A DNA stretch of 64,000 bases from Squalus acanthias (lineage: Eukaryota): assembly GCA_030390025.1 (NCBI GenBank), contig CM059432.1, forward strand, positions 3,658,001 to 3,722,000. The letters are read 5' to 3'. Numbering within the stretch: position 1 is the first letter of the stretch; the number at the start of each line of letters is the position of its first letter. Under the pieces are notes generated by a model. It saw nothing but the letters and a program-made list of their open reading frames with translations, had not been told where the DNA came from and did not search any database. This document shows, in pieces, positions 1 through 12,148 of this stretch. Both the position numbers and the translations under genes were made by a program.

Positions 1-237
1 GACTCTCCAGCCAGGGGAAGTAATCTCTCAGCATCTCCCCTGCCTGATGTTTGGCTGAGTTCCAATCAAACTGGTTGAGGGCCTGATCCAAAGGAGCAGT
101 GTAGCAGTAGGATGTTAACCTGCTACCTAAGGACGATCAGTATTGGTTCTTACTCAAGCTATGCAAGCCTGGTGCCTGCAGTACAAAGTCGGGAATTTTA
201 ACCCCCATGGTTGTGTAGGTGAGCAGTTAAAAAATAA

Positions 238-981
238 AGGCCCAAAAATGAGTGCCGCTACGCGAGAGTACGCACTGTGTACTCTCGCGTATTCTCTCTC
301 CAATTGCCGGTTTTCTGCATGCACTGCGCATGCGCTGAAAACCGGCACTTGGTGATTTCAAAAGGGGGCGGTTCCTAAGTGAACCGCGTGCGTGCTACAG
401 GCTGCGCGCACACAGTGCACTTAGTGCTTTGAACGCGCAGGTAAGTATGGAAGATTTTGGACATAAAGAAAGGAGGCGTAAGACCCTCTTTTAACAAGGT
501 AAGTAGTTAATTAAGTATTATTTTGAATTTTTTTCAACAGGTATATCTTTTTTAGAGACTTTAAAGAAAGGTAAGTTTATTTTTATAACTTTTTAAAAGA
601 TTTTAAATTTTTTCAAAAATTTAATTTTTTGTTTAAAATGGTTAATTTATTTAACTATACTTATTTTATTAATGTGATGTTTTTTTTTTAAATTTAATTG
701 AGGTTTAGCTGTTCTTTTGGGGGGGTATAGATTCATAGCTTTCACAGCACTTGTGTGAAAGCTATGAATGAAAGATGGTGTGCTGCCATTGGCTCTAACT
801 GAGTCACGTGATCCCACAGCTCGCACGAATTAACTACGCCTGTGGGATACGGAAGCCCTGCACAGCTGCTGTCCAGAACATCAAGTTCGTGCGAGCTGGA
901 AATGAAAAAGCCAGCGCGCAGTGAGATATCACGGGGAAGCCTTACCCTCGCACGAAGGCTCCCTCACTAATTTTTGGGCCA
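238..981. mobile_element. Non-autonomous TIR DNA transposon (Harbinger-like MITE) with internal palindromes
   Basis: Terminal inverted repeats (a/g)ggcccaaaaat(g/t)agtg at 238-254 and cactaatttttgggccc at 965-981; no convincing ORF; TSD not recognisable. Confidence 0.6.
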
Positions 982-1039
982 CTCTTGGAGGCGGGTCAGT
1001 CATTTTCATATTTTAATGAGGCTGCTTGCCTCAACTTTA

Positions 1040-1856
1040 GGGCTGGATTTTGTCAATGGAAGCTTTTGGAGGCAGGACTGCAGCTTGCCGGCTTTCAGTC
1101 CCGCCTCCATCAGCCTCCATCAGCTTCTGGCCAACCAGCGGGATTTTCCCCTGATTGACCTTGTTAAGCCCGCCCAGCGGGCTCAGCAGACCAATTAGGG
1201 GGAAGTCACTGACAGAGCACGTCAACGTCTGACGTGCCATCTGTCAAGATTTTTTGAAAGAAGTAAAGTCAGCGTTTGACAGCTCTGTGAAGCTGTCAAA
1301 CACTGACATTCTGTGTAGTTTGATGAGTCCTTGTAGTTCAGGACTTATCAACCCTTTCAACTTTGCAGAAATCACCTGGCTGCTGGTTCAGAGGATCCAA
1401 CAGCCAGTCTGTGAAATCTACAATGGAGATGTCGGGACTCCGGCTTCTCAGCGGCTGAAGGCTGTAGGCAGAAACAAAGGTAAGTGAACATTTTCTAACA
1501 CTTTACACTCACCTTACATACTTACCACTCCACACTTGCACCCATCACTCACCTCTACATCTCACTTTCAGACCCCTCCGACCCCCGCAGACCTCCTACA
1601 CATCTCCTCCGCTCTGGCGGGATTCCCCGAGGTCGGGAAGCCTGCACTTGGGAAGGTAAAATGGGAATAATCCTATTTTCTGCCTGTTAACTACCTGTTA
1701 ACAGACAGTTAATAGGATTTAATCCCCTTCCCGCCTCGAGGAGATGGGACCCAGGACAGGATGGCTTCCCGCCTTGTCACCCGCCCCCAAATTCTGCAAC
1801 TTTACTGGTAGTCCCGCCTCCATACCCGCCTCCTCGGGGCTGAAAAAATCCAGCCC
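1040..1856. mobile_element. PIF/Harbinger MITE, family 1
   Basis: TIR gggctggatttt...aaaatccagccc; 3-bp TSD TTA at 1037-1039 and 1857-1859; homologous to 4981-5790 and 11321-12148. Confidence 0.9.
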
Positions 1857-1884
1857 TTAACCTCTGTTTCGCATTTAACTCCTG

Positions 1885-2392
1885 AAGGAAAGATATACCT
1901 GCCTTAGAGGTGGTGCAACGAAGGTTCACTAGATTGATCCCTGGGATGAGAGGGTTGTCCTATGAGGAGAGATTGAGTAGATTGGGCCTAAACTCTCTAG
2001 AGTTTAGAAGAATGAGAGGTGATCTCATTGAAACATGTAAGATTCTGAAGGGGATTGACAGGGTAGATGCTGAGAGGTTGTTTCCCCTGGCTGGAGTGTC
2101 TAGAACTAGGAGGCATAGTCTCAGGTTAAGGGGTCGGCCATTTAAGACCGAGATGGGGAGGAATTTCTTCACTCAGAGGGTTGTGAATCTTTGGAAACCT
2201 CTGCCCCAAAGGGCTGTGGATGCTGAGTCTTTGAGCATATTCAAGGCTGAGATAGATGGGTTTTTGGACTCTTAGGAAACCAAGCGCTATGGGGATCGGG
2301 CGGGATAGTGGAGTTGAGATCGAAGCTCCTATTGAATGTCGGAGAAGGCTCGTGGGGTTGTATGGCCTATTCCTGCTCTCGTTTCTTATGTT
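1885..2392 (+). mobile_element. CR1 LINE 3' fragment
   Basis: ORF 1910-2275 VQRRFTRLIPGM..YEERL..RGDLIE..FFTQRVVNLW, the CR1 ORF2 C-terminus, followed by the CR1 3' UTR. Confidence 0.9.
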
Positions 2393-2597
2393 TCTAGTGC
2401 CAGGTTTTCTGGGCCACAGGAAACCCGGCAGCTGAAGGGAGGCGAGGACTGCTGGATGGAACAGGTAAGTGCCTTTTCCAGCACTGCTTGTGGGCCAGGA
2501 GGAGCAGGAGTGTTTCCCCTGCCAGGTCTCCCCCCAGCCATCCCCAAGTAAACTATCCTATGCTCTGAACCCCCACTTGACTTCCCCACTATAAAAA

Positions 2598-2956
2598 AAG
2601 AAAGACTTGCATTTCTATAGCGCCTTTCACAACCTCAGGATATTCCAAAGCACTTTACACCCAATGAAGTATTTTTGAAGTGCAGTCACTGTTGTAATGT
2701 AGGAAACGCGGCAGCTAATTTGCGCACAGCAAGCTCCCACAAACAGCAATGTGATAATGACTGGATAATCTGTTTTAGCGATGTTGGTTGAGGGATAAAT
2801 ATTGGCCAGGACACCGGGGAGAACTCCCCTGCTCTTCTTCAAAATAGTGGCCTTTGTAATCTTTTACATCCACCTGAGAGAGAGCAGATGGGGCCTTGGT
2901 TTAACGTCTCATCCGAAAGACGGCACCTCTGACAGTGCAGCACTCCCTCAGTATTG
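2598..2956 (-). mobile_element. Deu-domain SINE (SacSINE1-like), 5'-truncated
   Basis: Matches the core and L2-type tail (...aaaggcgctatagaaatgcaagtctttc) of the full copies at 14904 and 25268. Confidence 0.8.
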
Positions 2957-3214
2957 TCCAACTAGCCCCCCACCCCTGACCTCCCCTCCGTGACCAGCTC
3001 CACTATGTTAGAACAGTGACCACCCTTCAAAAGTACTTCATCGGCTGTAAAACGCTTTGGGACGCCCTGAGGTCGTAAAAGGCGCTATATAAATGCAAGT
3101 TCTTTCTTCATACCTTTCTTTTTCTTTGGGCCCCATAAGGAAACCATGAGTCGCCTCCTGCCCCGGGCTTCCTCCTCCCCTGGCTGGGAGCACTCTCCTT
3201 GTGCTGGGCATCGT

Positions 3215-3686
3215 ACCCTGGATTTTCGATGACCTGTGGAGTCGGGTTTGGAGGCGTGTGGGGGGGTTAAAGTTGCGGGGTCGGGGGTCCCGACCCCATC
3301 CCGACTCCATTCCGCCTTCACGCAATTTTGACAAAATCGGTCGCTGAGTTCTCGACTCCGTCCCGCCTCCAAGAGGCGGGAGAGGCCATTAAAGCCCTTA
3401 ACAAGGCCTAAATTGGCTCTGTAATGTCATTTTGAAACGTTTTAGCTAGTTTAACCCTTTTCCGACGTGAAGTACGCCTGGTGTGAAACACTCCAGTGAA
3501 ACCTGGCGGGAGCACAAGTGGATAGCTGACTATCAGCTGCAGGTCCACTATTACAACGGAGATGTGATGAAGGGTAGTAATATTGTGATGAAGGTAGTAG
3601 TATTAGGTCTGAAAGTCGCCTCTGATGCTGCTGCATTGTCTTCAGAGACTGCCTGGCCTTGCTGTGAGAGGCCCTGGATGGAAAAA

Positions 3687-3725
<39 letters not shown>

Positions 3726-3955
3726 GCAATCTCTGAGACCAGGCAGTCTCTGACCTGCAATGATGACATCATCAGAGGCGACTTTCAGACTGAAACCACT
3801 AATTGGTTCATGGGTTCCCACATGCTGAAACTCAATTACCCAATTAAGTGAAAATTGCATCAATCTCCCACATTAATCTGGAGTTGGCGGGGGGGGACAG
3901 GACACGAAATGCGGAGGACACGACCCCAACCCGACCCCAAGACAAAATTCAGCCC
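3215..3955. mobile_element. PIF/Harbinger MITE, family 2
   Basis: ctggattttc...caaaattcagccc ends; near-identical reverse-complement copy at 40235-40975; ends shared with 5889-9123; internal (CT)n. Confidence 0.85.
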
Positions 3956-4122
3956 ATAGTCCCCTCCGATGCCTCCTGCCGACCGATTTTAATGCCTGGG
4001 CATCCACTTCTCACGGATATTCTTGCCGATTTAGTTGGGAAATCAGCAAGTGACCTACTAATGAGGCCCGGCTGTTAAAGTTGTCCAAACCTGTCCGCTG
4101 CCACTCCCGCTCCCGGACGGAT

Positions 4123-4832
4123 ACAACAACAACAATAATTTGTATTTATATAGCACCTTTAACGTAGTAAAACGTTCCAAGGCGCTGCACAGGAGTATTT
4201 TAAGACAAAAATTTGACACCGAGCCACATAAGGATAAATTAGAGCAGGTGACCAAAAGCTTGGTCAAAGAGGTAGGTTTTAAGGAGCGTCTTAAAGGAGG
4301 AAAGAGAGGTAGCGAGGCAGAGAGGTTTAGGCAGGGAATTCCAGAGCTTAGGGCCCAGGCAACAGAAGGCACGGCCACCAATGGTGGAGCGATTTATAAT
4401 CAGGGATGCTCAAGAGGGCAGAATTAGAGGAGCGTAGAGATCTCGGGGGGTTGCGGGGCTGGAGGAGATTACAGAGATAGGGAGGGGGCGAGGCCATGGA
4501 GGGATTTGAAAACAAGGATGAGAATTTTGAAATCGAGGCGCTGCTTAACCGGGAGCCAATGTTGGTCAGCGAGCACAGGGGAGATGGGCGAACGGGACTT
4601 GGTGCGAGTTAGGACACGGGCAGCTGAGTTTTGGATGACCTCAAATTTACGTAGGGTGGAATGTGGGAGGCCGGCCAGGAGTGTGTTGGAATAGTCAAGT
4701 CTAGAGGTAACAAAGGCATGGATGAGGGTTTCAGCAGTGGATGAGCTGAGGTAAGGGCGAAGACGGGCGATGTTATGGAGGTGGAAGAAGGCGTTCTTTG
4801 TTATGCTGCGGATATGTGGTCGGAAGCTCATT
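4123..4832 (-). mobile_element. L2 LINE 3' fragment
   Basis: ORF 4469-4831 IARLRPYL..ETLIHAFVTSRLDYSN..WLPV (L2 ORF2 C-terminus); (GTT)n tail. Confidence 0.9.
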
Positions 4833-4980
4833 TCATCGCTCGCTTTGCCGAGTTCCTACCTGGGAGTTAAAATCGGGCCCAGTTTTTCACCCCAGTTTCC
4901 ATGTTAAAATTTCTGAGTGCCTCCCAAATATTGCCAATATAAACTAAATGGTTCAATACTAAAGGAACAGGGAAACCTGG

Positions 4981-5790
4981 GGGGCGATTTTGTCAATGGG
5001 GGCGCGTTGGAGGCGGGACTGCTGCTTGTCGGGTTTTAGTCCCGCCTCCATCGACTTGTGGCCAACCCACGCTATTTTCCCTTGATTGACCTTGTTAAGT
5101 CTGCCCAGCGGGCATAGCAGGCCAATTAAGGGGAAGTCGGTTACAGAGAACGTCAGCGTATGACGTTGCATCTGTCAATAATTTTTGACAGATGAATTGT
5201 CATCGTTTGACAGCTCTGTGAAGCTGTCAAACACTGACATTCTCTGTTGTTTGATGAGTTCTTGTATTCAAGACTCATCAAACCTCTTTCTTTAGCAGAA
5301 ACTAGATGGTTGTTGCATCGGAGAATGCAGCAGCCATCTGTCATCTCTTCCGGTGAGATGCGAGACTCTCCGCATCCCCAACTGTTGAAGTCTGCAGGAA
5401 GAAACAAAGGTAAGTAAACATTTTCTATCACTTTCCACTCACCTCACATACTCACCTCTCCACACTTGCACCCATCACTCACCTCCACAGCGCACTTGCA
5501 CCCCGCAGACCCACTGCTCGCCTCGGTGACCCTGGCGGGGTTTTCCGACGTCGGGAAGCCCGTGCCTCAGCTGGAAAAATGGGGATAATCCTCTTAACTA
5601 CCTGGTAACAGGCAGTAATCCACTTCCCGCCTCCAGTAGACGGGACCCGGCGCGGGTTGGCTACCCGCCTCCTGGGAAGATGGCATGGAGGCGGGTTGGG
5701 GGCGGGATGGGCACCCGCCCCCAGATTCTGCCATTTTCCCGGCAGTCCCGCCTCCAAACCCGCCTCCCCGGGGCTGGCAAGATCGCGCCC
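4981..5790. mobile_element. PIF/Harbinger MITE, family 1
   Basis: ggggcgattttgtcaatgg...caagatcgcgccc; colinear with 1040-1856. Confidence 0.8.
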
Positions 5791-6418
5791 TTGGGGTGTA
5801 CTTACACAAATCTTTTGAAGGTGCAGGACATGTTGAGAAGGCTCCTAAAAAAGCATACGGGATCCTTGTCTTTATAAATAGAGGCATAGGGCAGAATTTT
5901 CATTGACCCGTGGAGGTGGGTTTGGAGGCGTGTGGGGGGTTAAAATTGCGAAAACTGGCGGGCGGGCACAAGCCCGCCTCCATCCCGCCTCCACGCAATT
6001 TTCATTAAATCGTGTCTGCTGATCCCGACTCCGTCCCGCCTTTAAGAGGCGGGATAGGCTGTTAAGGCCCATAACAAGCACTAAATTGCCTCTATAATGC
6101 CATTTTGAAAGGCCTTTGTAATTTTAACCCTTTTTCCATGTGAAGCACGCCTGTTCTGAACTACGAATGTGAAACCTGGCGGTAGCACATTTGGATTGCT
6201 GACTATCAGCTGCAACTCAACCATAAAATAGGAGATGTGATCAGTCATCATTTGCAGTTGGCAGGACTTCATTGTCTGAGGTCTGGGGGAACTTTTATAT
6301 GGCATAACCACAGCGGTGGAAGTTTGGAGCCTGACACCCATCTCCAGTGTGACCTCCTGGGAAACCCCTCTTGCCACCTTGACTGAGCGCTTCCTCAACT
6401 GAGGCATATACCAGAAGC

Positions 6419-6640
6419 ATGGGAACCATTTATTTCCTTTCCTCCTGGACATCAGATTCGGACGAAGACCAGCCGTGGCAGCAGCAGAACCATGAACAAC
6501 AGCACCACCAGCAGCAGCAGCATCAACAGGAGTGCCAAGCTGCTCCTCACCCACCTGAAGCTGCACAGGCCAGAAGGCGCCAGCGCGTGACCACATTGCT
6601 GCCCGAGATGCAAGGGACGCACTTGACCAGATTTGCTTAG
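6419..6640 (+). pseudogene. Harbinger transposase remnant (N-terminus fused to C-terminus, catalytic core deleted)
   Basis: MG-start Q/H-rich 73-aa ORF; a second frame reads HIAARDARDAL, and the ORF ends RFA*, resembling the ARAVRQRLIASRF* end of the transposase at 62171-63286; occupies the transposase position convergent with the Myb gene. Confidence 0.6.
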
Positions 6641-6898
6641 CCTGCACAATCAAACACTTTTGCCTCGCACCTTTTTATCAGACCATCGACAATGGCCAGG
6701 AACCTATGGATTCTTATCACTCTGACCACCATACTAACAATTGCAAGTCATCCTAAGCCCTCAATGTGGAAGTCCCATTTGCGAAATGACAGACGCCACA
6801 ACTTCAGCAGTTTGCCAGCAGAATTTTTAATCACACCAAGCAAGTGCTGGCATTTCAAGATGAAACACAACATTACACCCAAGTGACTACCCTTGTGA

Positions 6899-8843
6899 CT
6901 ACTTGTGCATTATTTTTCTTTTACGCATGCTCCTACGTGGTGCTTCCCCTGTGGCTTCAGCAGATGTGGAGGCCCCTTGCTCACTTTCTTGCTGCTCCTG
7001 CCTCGACACCTTTGGCGGGCGTCCTCTGGGGTTGCGAGCCTGTGAGGGCTCGGCAACAGTCTGCTGCTCCTGCGGCTGTGCAGGGGTTGAGACGCCGATC
7101 TCAGTTGGGTGGGGACTCTGGTGGGGCTCTGCCCGAGGGCTTTGCAGTGGCTTGGTCGTGTGAGCGCTTGGAGAGGAGCCCCCACTTCCTTGTTGTCTGC
7201 CACCAACATCCCTCTCATGGGTCAGCCCCACCTCAGCGCTTGCAAGTGGATTGAGAGCACCTTGCTGCACATCAGGGGGGCCATGGGGACCCGTATCTGC
7301 ACTGGAAGTCCTACTCAGAAGGACTTCCATGAAGGTCTGGTTTCTGTGTTCAATAGATGACCATCGCTCCTCAAGAGATGCCAGTCTATTCTGAACAATG
7401 ACCATGTTTTCTACACTCTGGCGACTTATCTCCTCCATAGCCGTAGCCATCCTCTCCTCTACTGTAGCCAACCTTTCCGTGGTGATGCGTTCATGCGCCA
7501 ATGACTCCACAAATGCTCTGCTCATGTTCGCTATGGACTCCTCCATTCGCTCCACACTCGCAGCGACCCTGGAGACAAAACCTGCCAGAGACTCCTGCAT
7601 CTGTTCCTGGAGTTCCAGCACCGCTGATCTTATGGATGGACCCAGAGGCAGAGGGTCGACATGCAGCTGAGCCGAGCTAGGAGAGTCCTGCGCCCTCCGA
7701 CTAGGACTCTCCACTGCTGTCCCCGTCTCCACTATCTGCTGATGCTCACTTGTGAGTTGTGATACACCAGGTGACAACACTACTCTATCTCGCGATGTTC
7801 CCTCCGAGGTGTGAGTGTCTGCGCTGGTGCTGGGTGCGCTGAATTCTGCTGATGCGGCGCCCTCAGAGGTTGCAGCTTCCTCTGAGGAGTGGTGAGGCTC
7901 ATGCTCTTCCTCCTGGACGGTGGGGACGGCTGCTCGCGATGGTCCTGGGGGGGAGTAAAGGAAAGAGTCAGAGATGTGAGTCCAAGGTTACATGCACATT
8001 GCATATTGCAGATGATCATAAGTCAGTCTGCTGAAGCATCAGAATCATTATCAGTGACTCATGCAATGTCAATGAGAGAGATGATAAACTATTCTGTCAC
8101 CAGCTTGCTCTGATGCACTCGTCTGTCCGTCCCCCACTTGCGCATCCTCCTCCACTCCCATGATCTCCAGGACCGCCTCCTCCCAGATGGTGAGCTGGGC
8201 TACTGAGGGTGGCCCTCCTCCTCTCCTCGCTCTTTCCCTCTTATTGTGAGCTCTCTTTTCCTGCAACGAGGGAGACAAGTGGAGTTTGAGTGAGAATGAA
8301 GGAGTGAATGTAGAGAATCTATATCATTGATGGTTAGAAGGAGACAAATTCGGAGTGAGGTGGCAAGACCATGGGCCCTCCCTGTGTGCTGTAAGTTGTT
8401 TTCATAGCATCACAGCGATAGGGAGTGTGAGGGCTGCATAGGCGAATAGTTAGGTGAATGTGACCATACAGAGAGAGGGAATGGGTAAGGGTGCAGGGAT
8501 GTCAGTGTCAAGTGGGATGTGGAGGAAGAGGTTGTCAAAGCTGAGTGCTGGTGAGGAGAGGCAATGGGGATCAGAATGAGGGTGATGGGAAATTCATACT
8601 CACTTTTCCAGTGCGCAGCAGGTCATGAAACCTCTTCCTGCACTGAAGCCAGGTTCTGCGGGTTATGGACAACGAGTTGACCTCCTCTGCCACCTGGATC
8701 CACACAGCCTTGGTTTGATGGGAAGGCTACTTCCTCCCTGAAGAAGGGAAGAGCACCTCCTTATTAGCTCTGTCTCCCTCAATTAAAGCTTGCAGGGCGA
8801 CGTCATCAAATCGAGGTGCAGACCTAGGTCTCTGGCTGGCCAT
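6899..8843 (-). pseudogene. Harbinger Myb/SANT-like (trihelix) DNA-binding protein, 3 exons (8843-8604, 8260-8101, 7944-6899), about 481 codons, one premature TAG at 8727-8729
   Basis: Exon 1 MASQRPRSAPRFDDVALQALIEG..VLFP..KAVWIQVAEEVN..RTWLQCRKRFHDL; GT-AG introns in phases 0 and 1 join the exons in frame to ORF 6899-7780; basic C-terminus RRSMRKRK. Confidence 0.8.
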
Positions 8844-9123
8844 TCTTCCTGCAGGTGCCTCTAACATGCAAAGGCAGAAGCTTGGCAGTCTGCAGAGGAA
8901 GCAAGGCTTGTTGCAGACCTTAAATGCTGCAGCAATGATGACGTCATCGGAAGTGACTTTCAGACTGGAAAAACTCACTGGCCATGGGTTCCCACACGTT
9001 GGAACTCAATTGGCCAATTATGTTAAAAATCGCATCAATCTCCCACATCGATTTAGATTCGGGTGGCGAACACGAAATGCGGATTACACGACCCCAGCCC
9101 GCCCCTGAATCAAAATCCAGCCC

Positions 9124-9787
9124 ATAGAGTACAAAAGCAAGGAAGTTATTGCTAAATCTAAATAAAACACAGGTTAGGCCCCATATGAAGCATTGTGTAC
9201 AATTGTGGGCACCACACTTTAGGAAGGATGTCAAAGCCCTGGAGAGGGTGCAGAGGAGATTTACTGGAATGGTACCAGAGATGTGGGACTTCATTAGAAG
9301 AATGAGAAGTGATCTCATTGAAACAAATAAGATTCTGAGGGGGATTGACAGGGAGAGACTAGAGAAGCTGGGGTTGTTCTCTTTAGAGCAGTGAAGGTTA
9401 AGGGGGGATTTAATAGAGCTGTTCAAAATCATGAAGGGTTTTGATGGAGTAAATAAGGAGAAGCTGTTTCCAGTGGCAGGAGGGTCGGTAACCAGAGGAC
9501 ACAGATTGAAGATAATGAGCAAAAGAACCAGAGGGAGGAGATGAGGAGAATTTTTTTTACGCAGCGAGTTGTTGTGATCAGGAACGCGCTGCCTGAAAGG
9601 GCGGTGGGAGCAGATTCAATAGTAACTTTCAAAAGGGAATTGGATAAATACTTGAAGGGAAAATATTTGCAGGGCTCTGGGGAAAGAGCAGGGGGGAGTG
9701 GGATTAATTTAATAGCTCTTTCAAAGAGCCGGCACAGGCACGATGGGCCGAATGGCCTCTTTCTGTGCTGTGTGATTCTAGGATTCT
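9124..9787 (+). mobile_element. CR1 LINE 3' part (5' piece at about 5791-5888, split by the Harbinger)
   Basis: VRPH..CVQLWAPHFRKDVKALERVQRRFT; FFTQRVV; gattcta tail. Confidence 0.85.
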
Positions 9788-10858
9788 AACAGGGACTCCT
9801 GATCCACTGTGCATTTCACTGAAACAGCAAGTGGACGTGTGGGGATAATTTTCAGCGGATTAATGCTAATTGTTCAATCTTCAGAATGATGTTTCTGGCT
9901 AACTGCAACTGAAAACAAAAGTGCCAGAAAAATCATTCACCTCCTTTACATGAAGCAGCTTGATTAGTTTTGGCAGGAGTAGGTCGTCTGCATATTTGTT
10001 CCCTACGTCTTCTCATTCCTTCACTTTTGTTCTCACCGCACTGCTAATTGGTTCTTATTACATAAATTAAACAGAATTTTACAGCACAGAAACAGGCCAT
10101 TCGGCCCAACTGGTCCGTGCCGGTGTTTATGCTCCACACCAGCCTCCTCCCACCCTAGTTCATCTCACCCTATCAGCGTACCCTTCTAAGACCATAAGAA
10201 CATAAAAATTAGGAGCAGGAGTCGGCCAAACAACCCCTCGAGCCTGCTCCGCCATTCAATAAGCTCATGGCTGATCTTTGACCTCAACTCCCCCTTCCCA
10301 CACTATCCCCATATCTCTTGATTCCCCTAGAGTCCAAAAATCTGTCGATCTCAGCCTTGAATATACTCAAAGACTCAGCATTCATAGCCCTCTGGGGCAG
10401 AGAATTCCAAAGATTCACAACCCTCTGAGTGAAGAGATTCCTCCTCATCTCGGTCTTAACTGGCTGACCCCTTATCCTGAGACTGTGCCCCCTAGTTCTA
10501 GACTCTCCAGCCAGGGGAAACAACCTCTCAGCATCTACCCTGTCAATCCCCCTCAGAATCTTATATGTTTCAATGAGATCACCTCTCATTCTTCTAAACT
10601 CCAGAGAGTTTAGGCCCAATCTACTCAATCTCTCCTCATAGAACAACCCTCTCATCCTAGGGATTCGTCTAGTGAACCTTCGTTGCACCGCATGTATGTC
10701 CATTCTCAGATAAGGAGAGCAGAACTGTGCACAGTACTCCAGGTGTGGTCTCACCAAAGCCCTGTACAATTGTAGTAAGACTTCCTTACTCTTATACTCC
10801 AACCCCCTTGCAATAAAGGCCAACATGCCATTTGTCTTCCTAATTGCTTGCTGTACCT

Positions 10859-11118
10859 AGAATCATAGAATCACAGAACGGAAGGCGGCCATTTTGGCCC
10901 ATCGTGTCCGCGCCGGCCAACAAAGAGCTATCCAGCCTAATCCCACTTCCCCAGCTCTTGGTCCGTAGCCCTGCAGGTTAGAGCATCCCAAGTGCACATC
11001 CAAGTACTTTTTAAATGTGGTTATGGTTCCTGCCTCTGCTGCTGCTGATGTGGGGTCTACCTGCGCCTCAGGCTCACTTTATACCGCCACCGCCGCCTCG
11101 CCGCTCCTCCCAGGTCCG
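10859..11118 (-). mobile_element. Short retroposed insert: GC-rich 5' segment joined to a CR1 3' tail
   Basis: 7-bp TSD tgtacct at 10852-10858 and 11119-11125; tail matches 39060-39240. Confidence 0.7.
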
Positions 11119-11320
11119 TGTACCTGTATGCTAACTTTCTGTGTTTTCTGTACAAGGACACCATAATCTGTCTGAACACCAACATATAATAATCACTCAC
11201 CATTTAAAAAATATTCTGTTTTTCTATTCTTCCTACCAAAGTGAATAACCTCACATTTCCTCACATTATGCTCCATCTGCCACCTTATTGCCCACTCACT
11301 TATCCCTTTGCAGGCTCTTT

Positions 11321-12148
11321 GGGCTGGATTTTGTCAATGGGGGCGCGTTGGGGGCGGGACTGCTGGTTGTCGGGTTTCAGTCCCGCTCCCAACGACGTCC
11401 GGCCAACCCACGCTATTTTCCCTTGATTGACATTGTTAAGCCCGCCCTTACTGGCCAATCAAGGGAAAGCTGGAGACAGAGGATGTCAGCATTTGACGTT
11501 TCATCTGTTGAAAATTTTTTGACAGATGAATCGTCAGCGTTTGACAGCTTTGAGAAGTTGTAAAACACTGACAATCTCTGTTCTAAGGTGAGCCCTTGCA
11601 CTGAAGGCTCACCAAAACCTCTCTCCTCAGCAGAAAGCAGATGGCTGCTACATCTGAGAATGCAGCAGCCATTCTGTCATCTCTGCCGTTGAAATGAGGC
11701 ACCTCCGGATCCCCATGGGTTGAAGCCTGCAGAAAGAAGCAAAGGTAAGGAAACTTTTTCTAACACTTTACACTCACATCCCATACTTACCTCTGCACAC
11801 TTGCACCCATCACTCACCTCCACAGTGGACTTTTCGATCCCTCTCACCTCCGCAGACCCATTGCTCGCCTCGCTGACCCTGGCGAGGTTTGCAGCTGTCG
11901 GGAAGCCCGCACTTGCAGGGCTAAAATGGGGATAAGCCTCAAAACTGCCTGTTAACAGGTAGTTAACTGACTCTAATTCCCTTCCCGCCTTGCAGAGACA
12001 GGTCCCTGCGCGAGTCGGGGACCCGCCTCCCGGGAAGATGGCACGGAGGCGGGTTGGGAGCGGGTTCGGTACCCGCTCCCAGTTTCTGCCATTTTCCCGG
12101 CAGTACTGCCTCCATACCCGCCTCCCCAGGGCTGGCAAAATTTCCCCC
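11321..12148. mobile_element. PIF/Harbinger MITE, family 1
   Basis: gggctggattttgtcaatgg...caaaatttccccc; TSD TTT/TTC; inserted in a CR1. Confidence 0.85.

Larger units (their letters stand above)
5889..9123. mobile_element. PIF/Harbinger element retaining its Myb/SANT gene, transposase internally deleted
   Basis: TIR gggcagaatttt...aaaatccagccc; TSD ATA at 5886-5888 and 9124-9126; removing it restores the CR1 sequence agaggcata|gagtacaaaagc. Confidence 0.9.

Noticed and set aside
6081..6653. 190-aa minus-strand ORF
   Set aside because: Antisense to the Harbinger subterminal region and transposase remnant; no recognisable domain.
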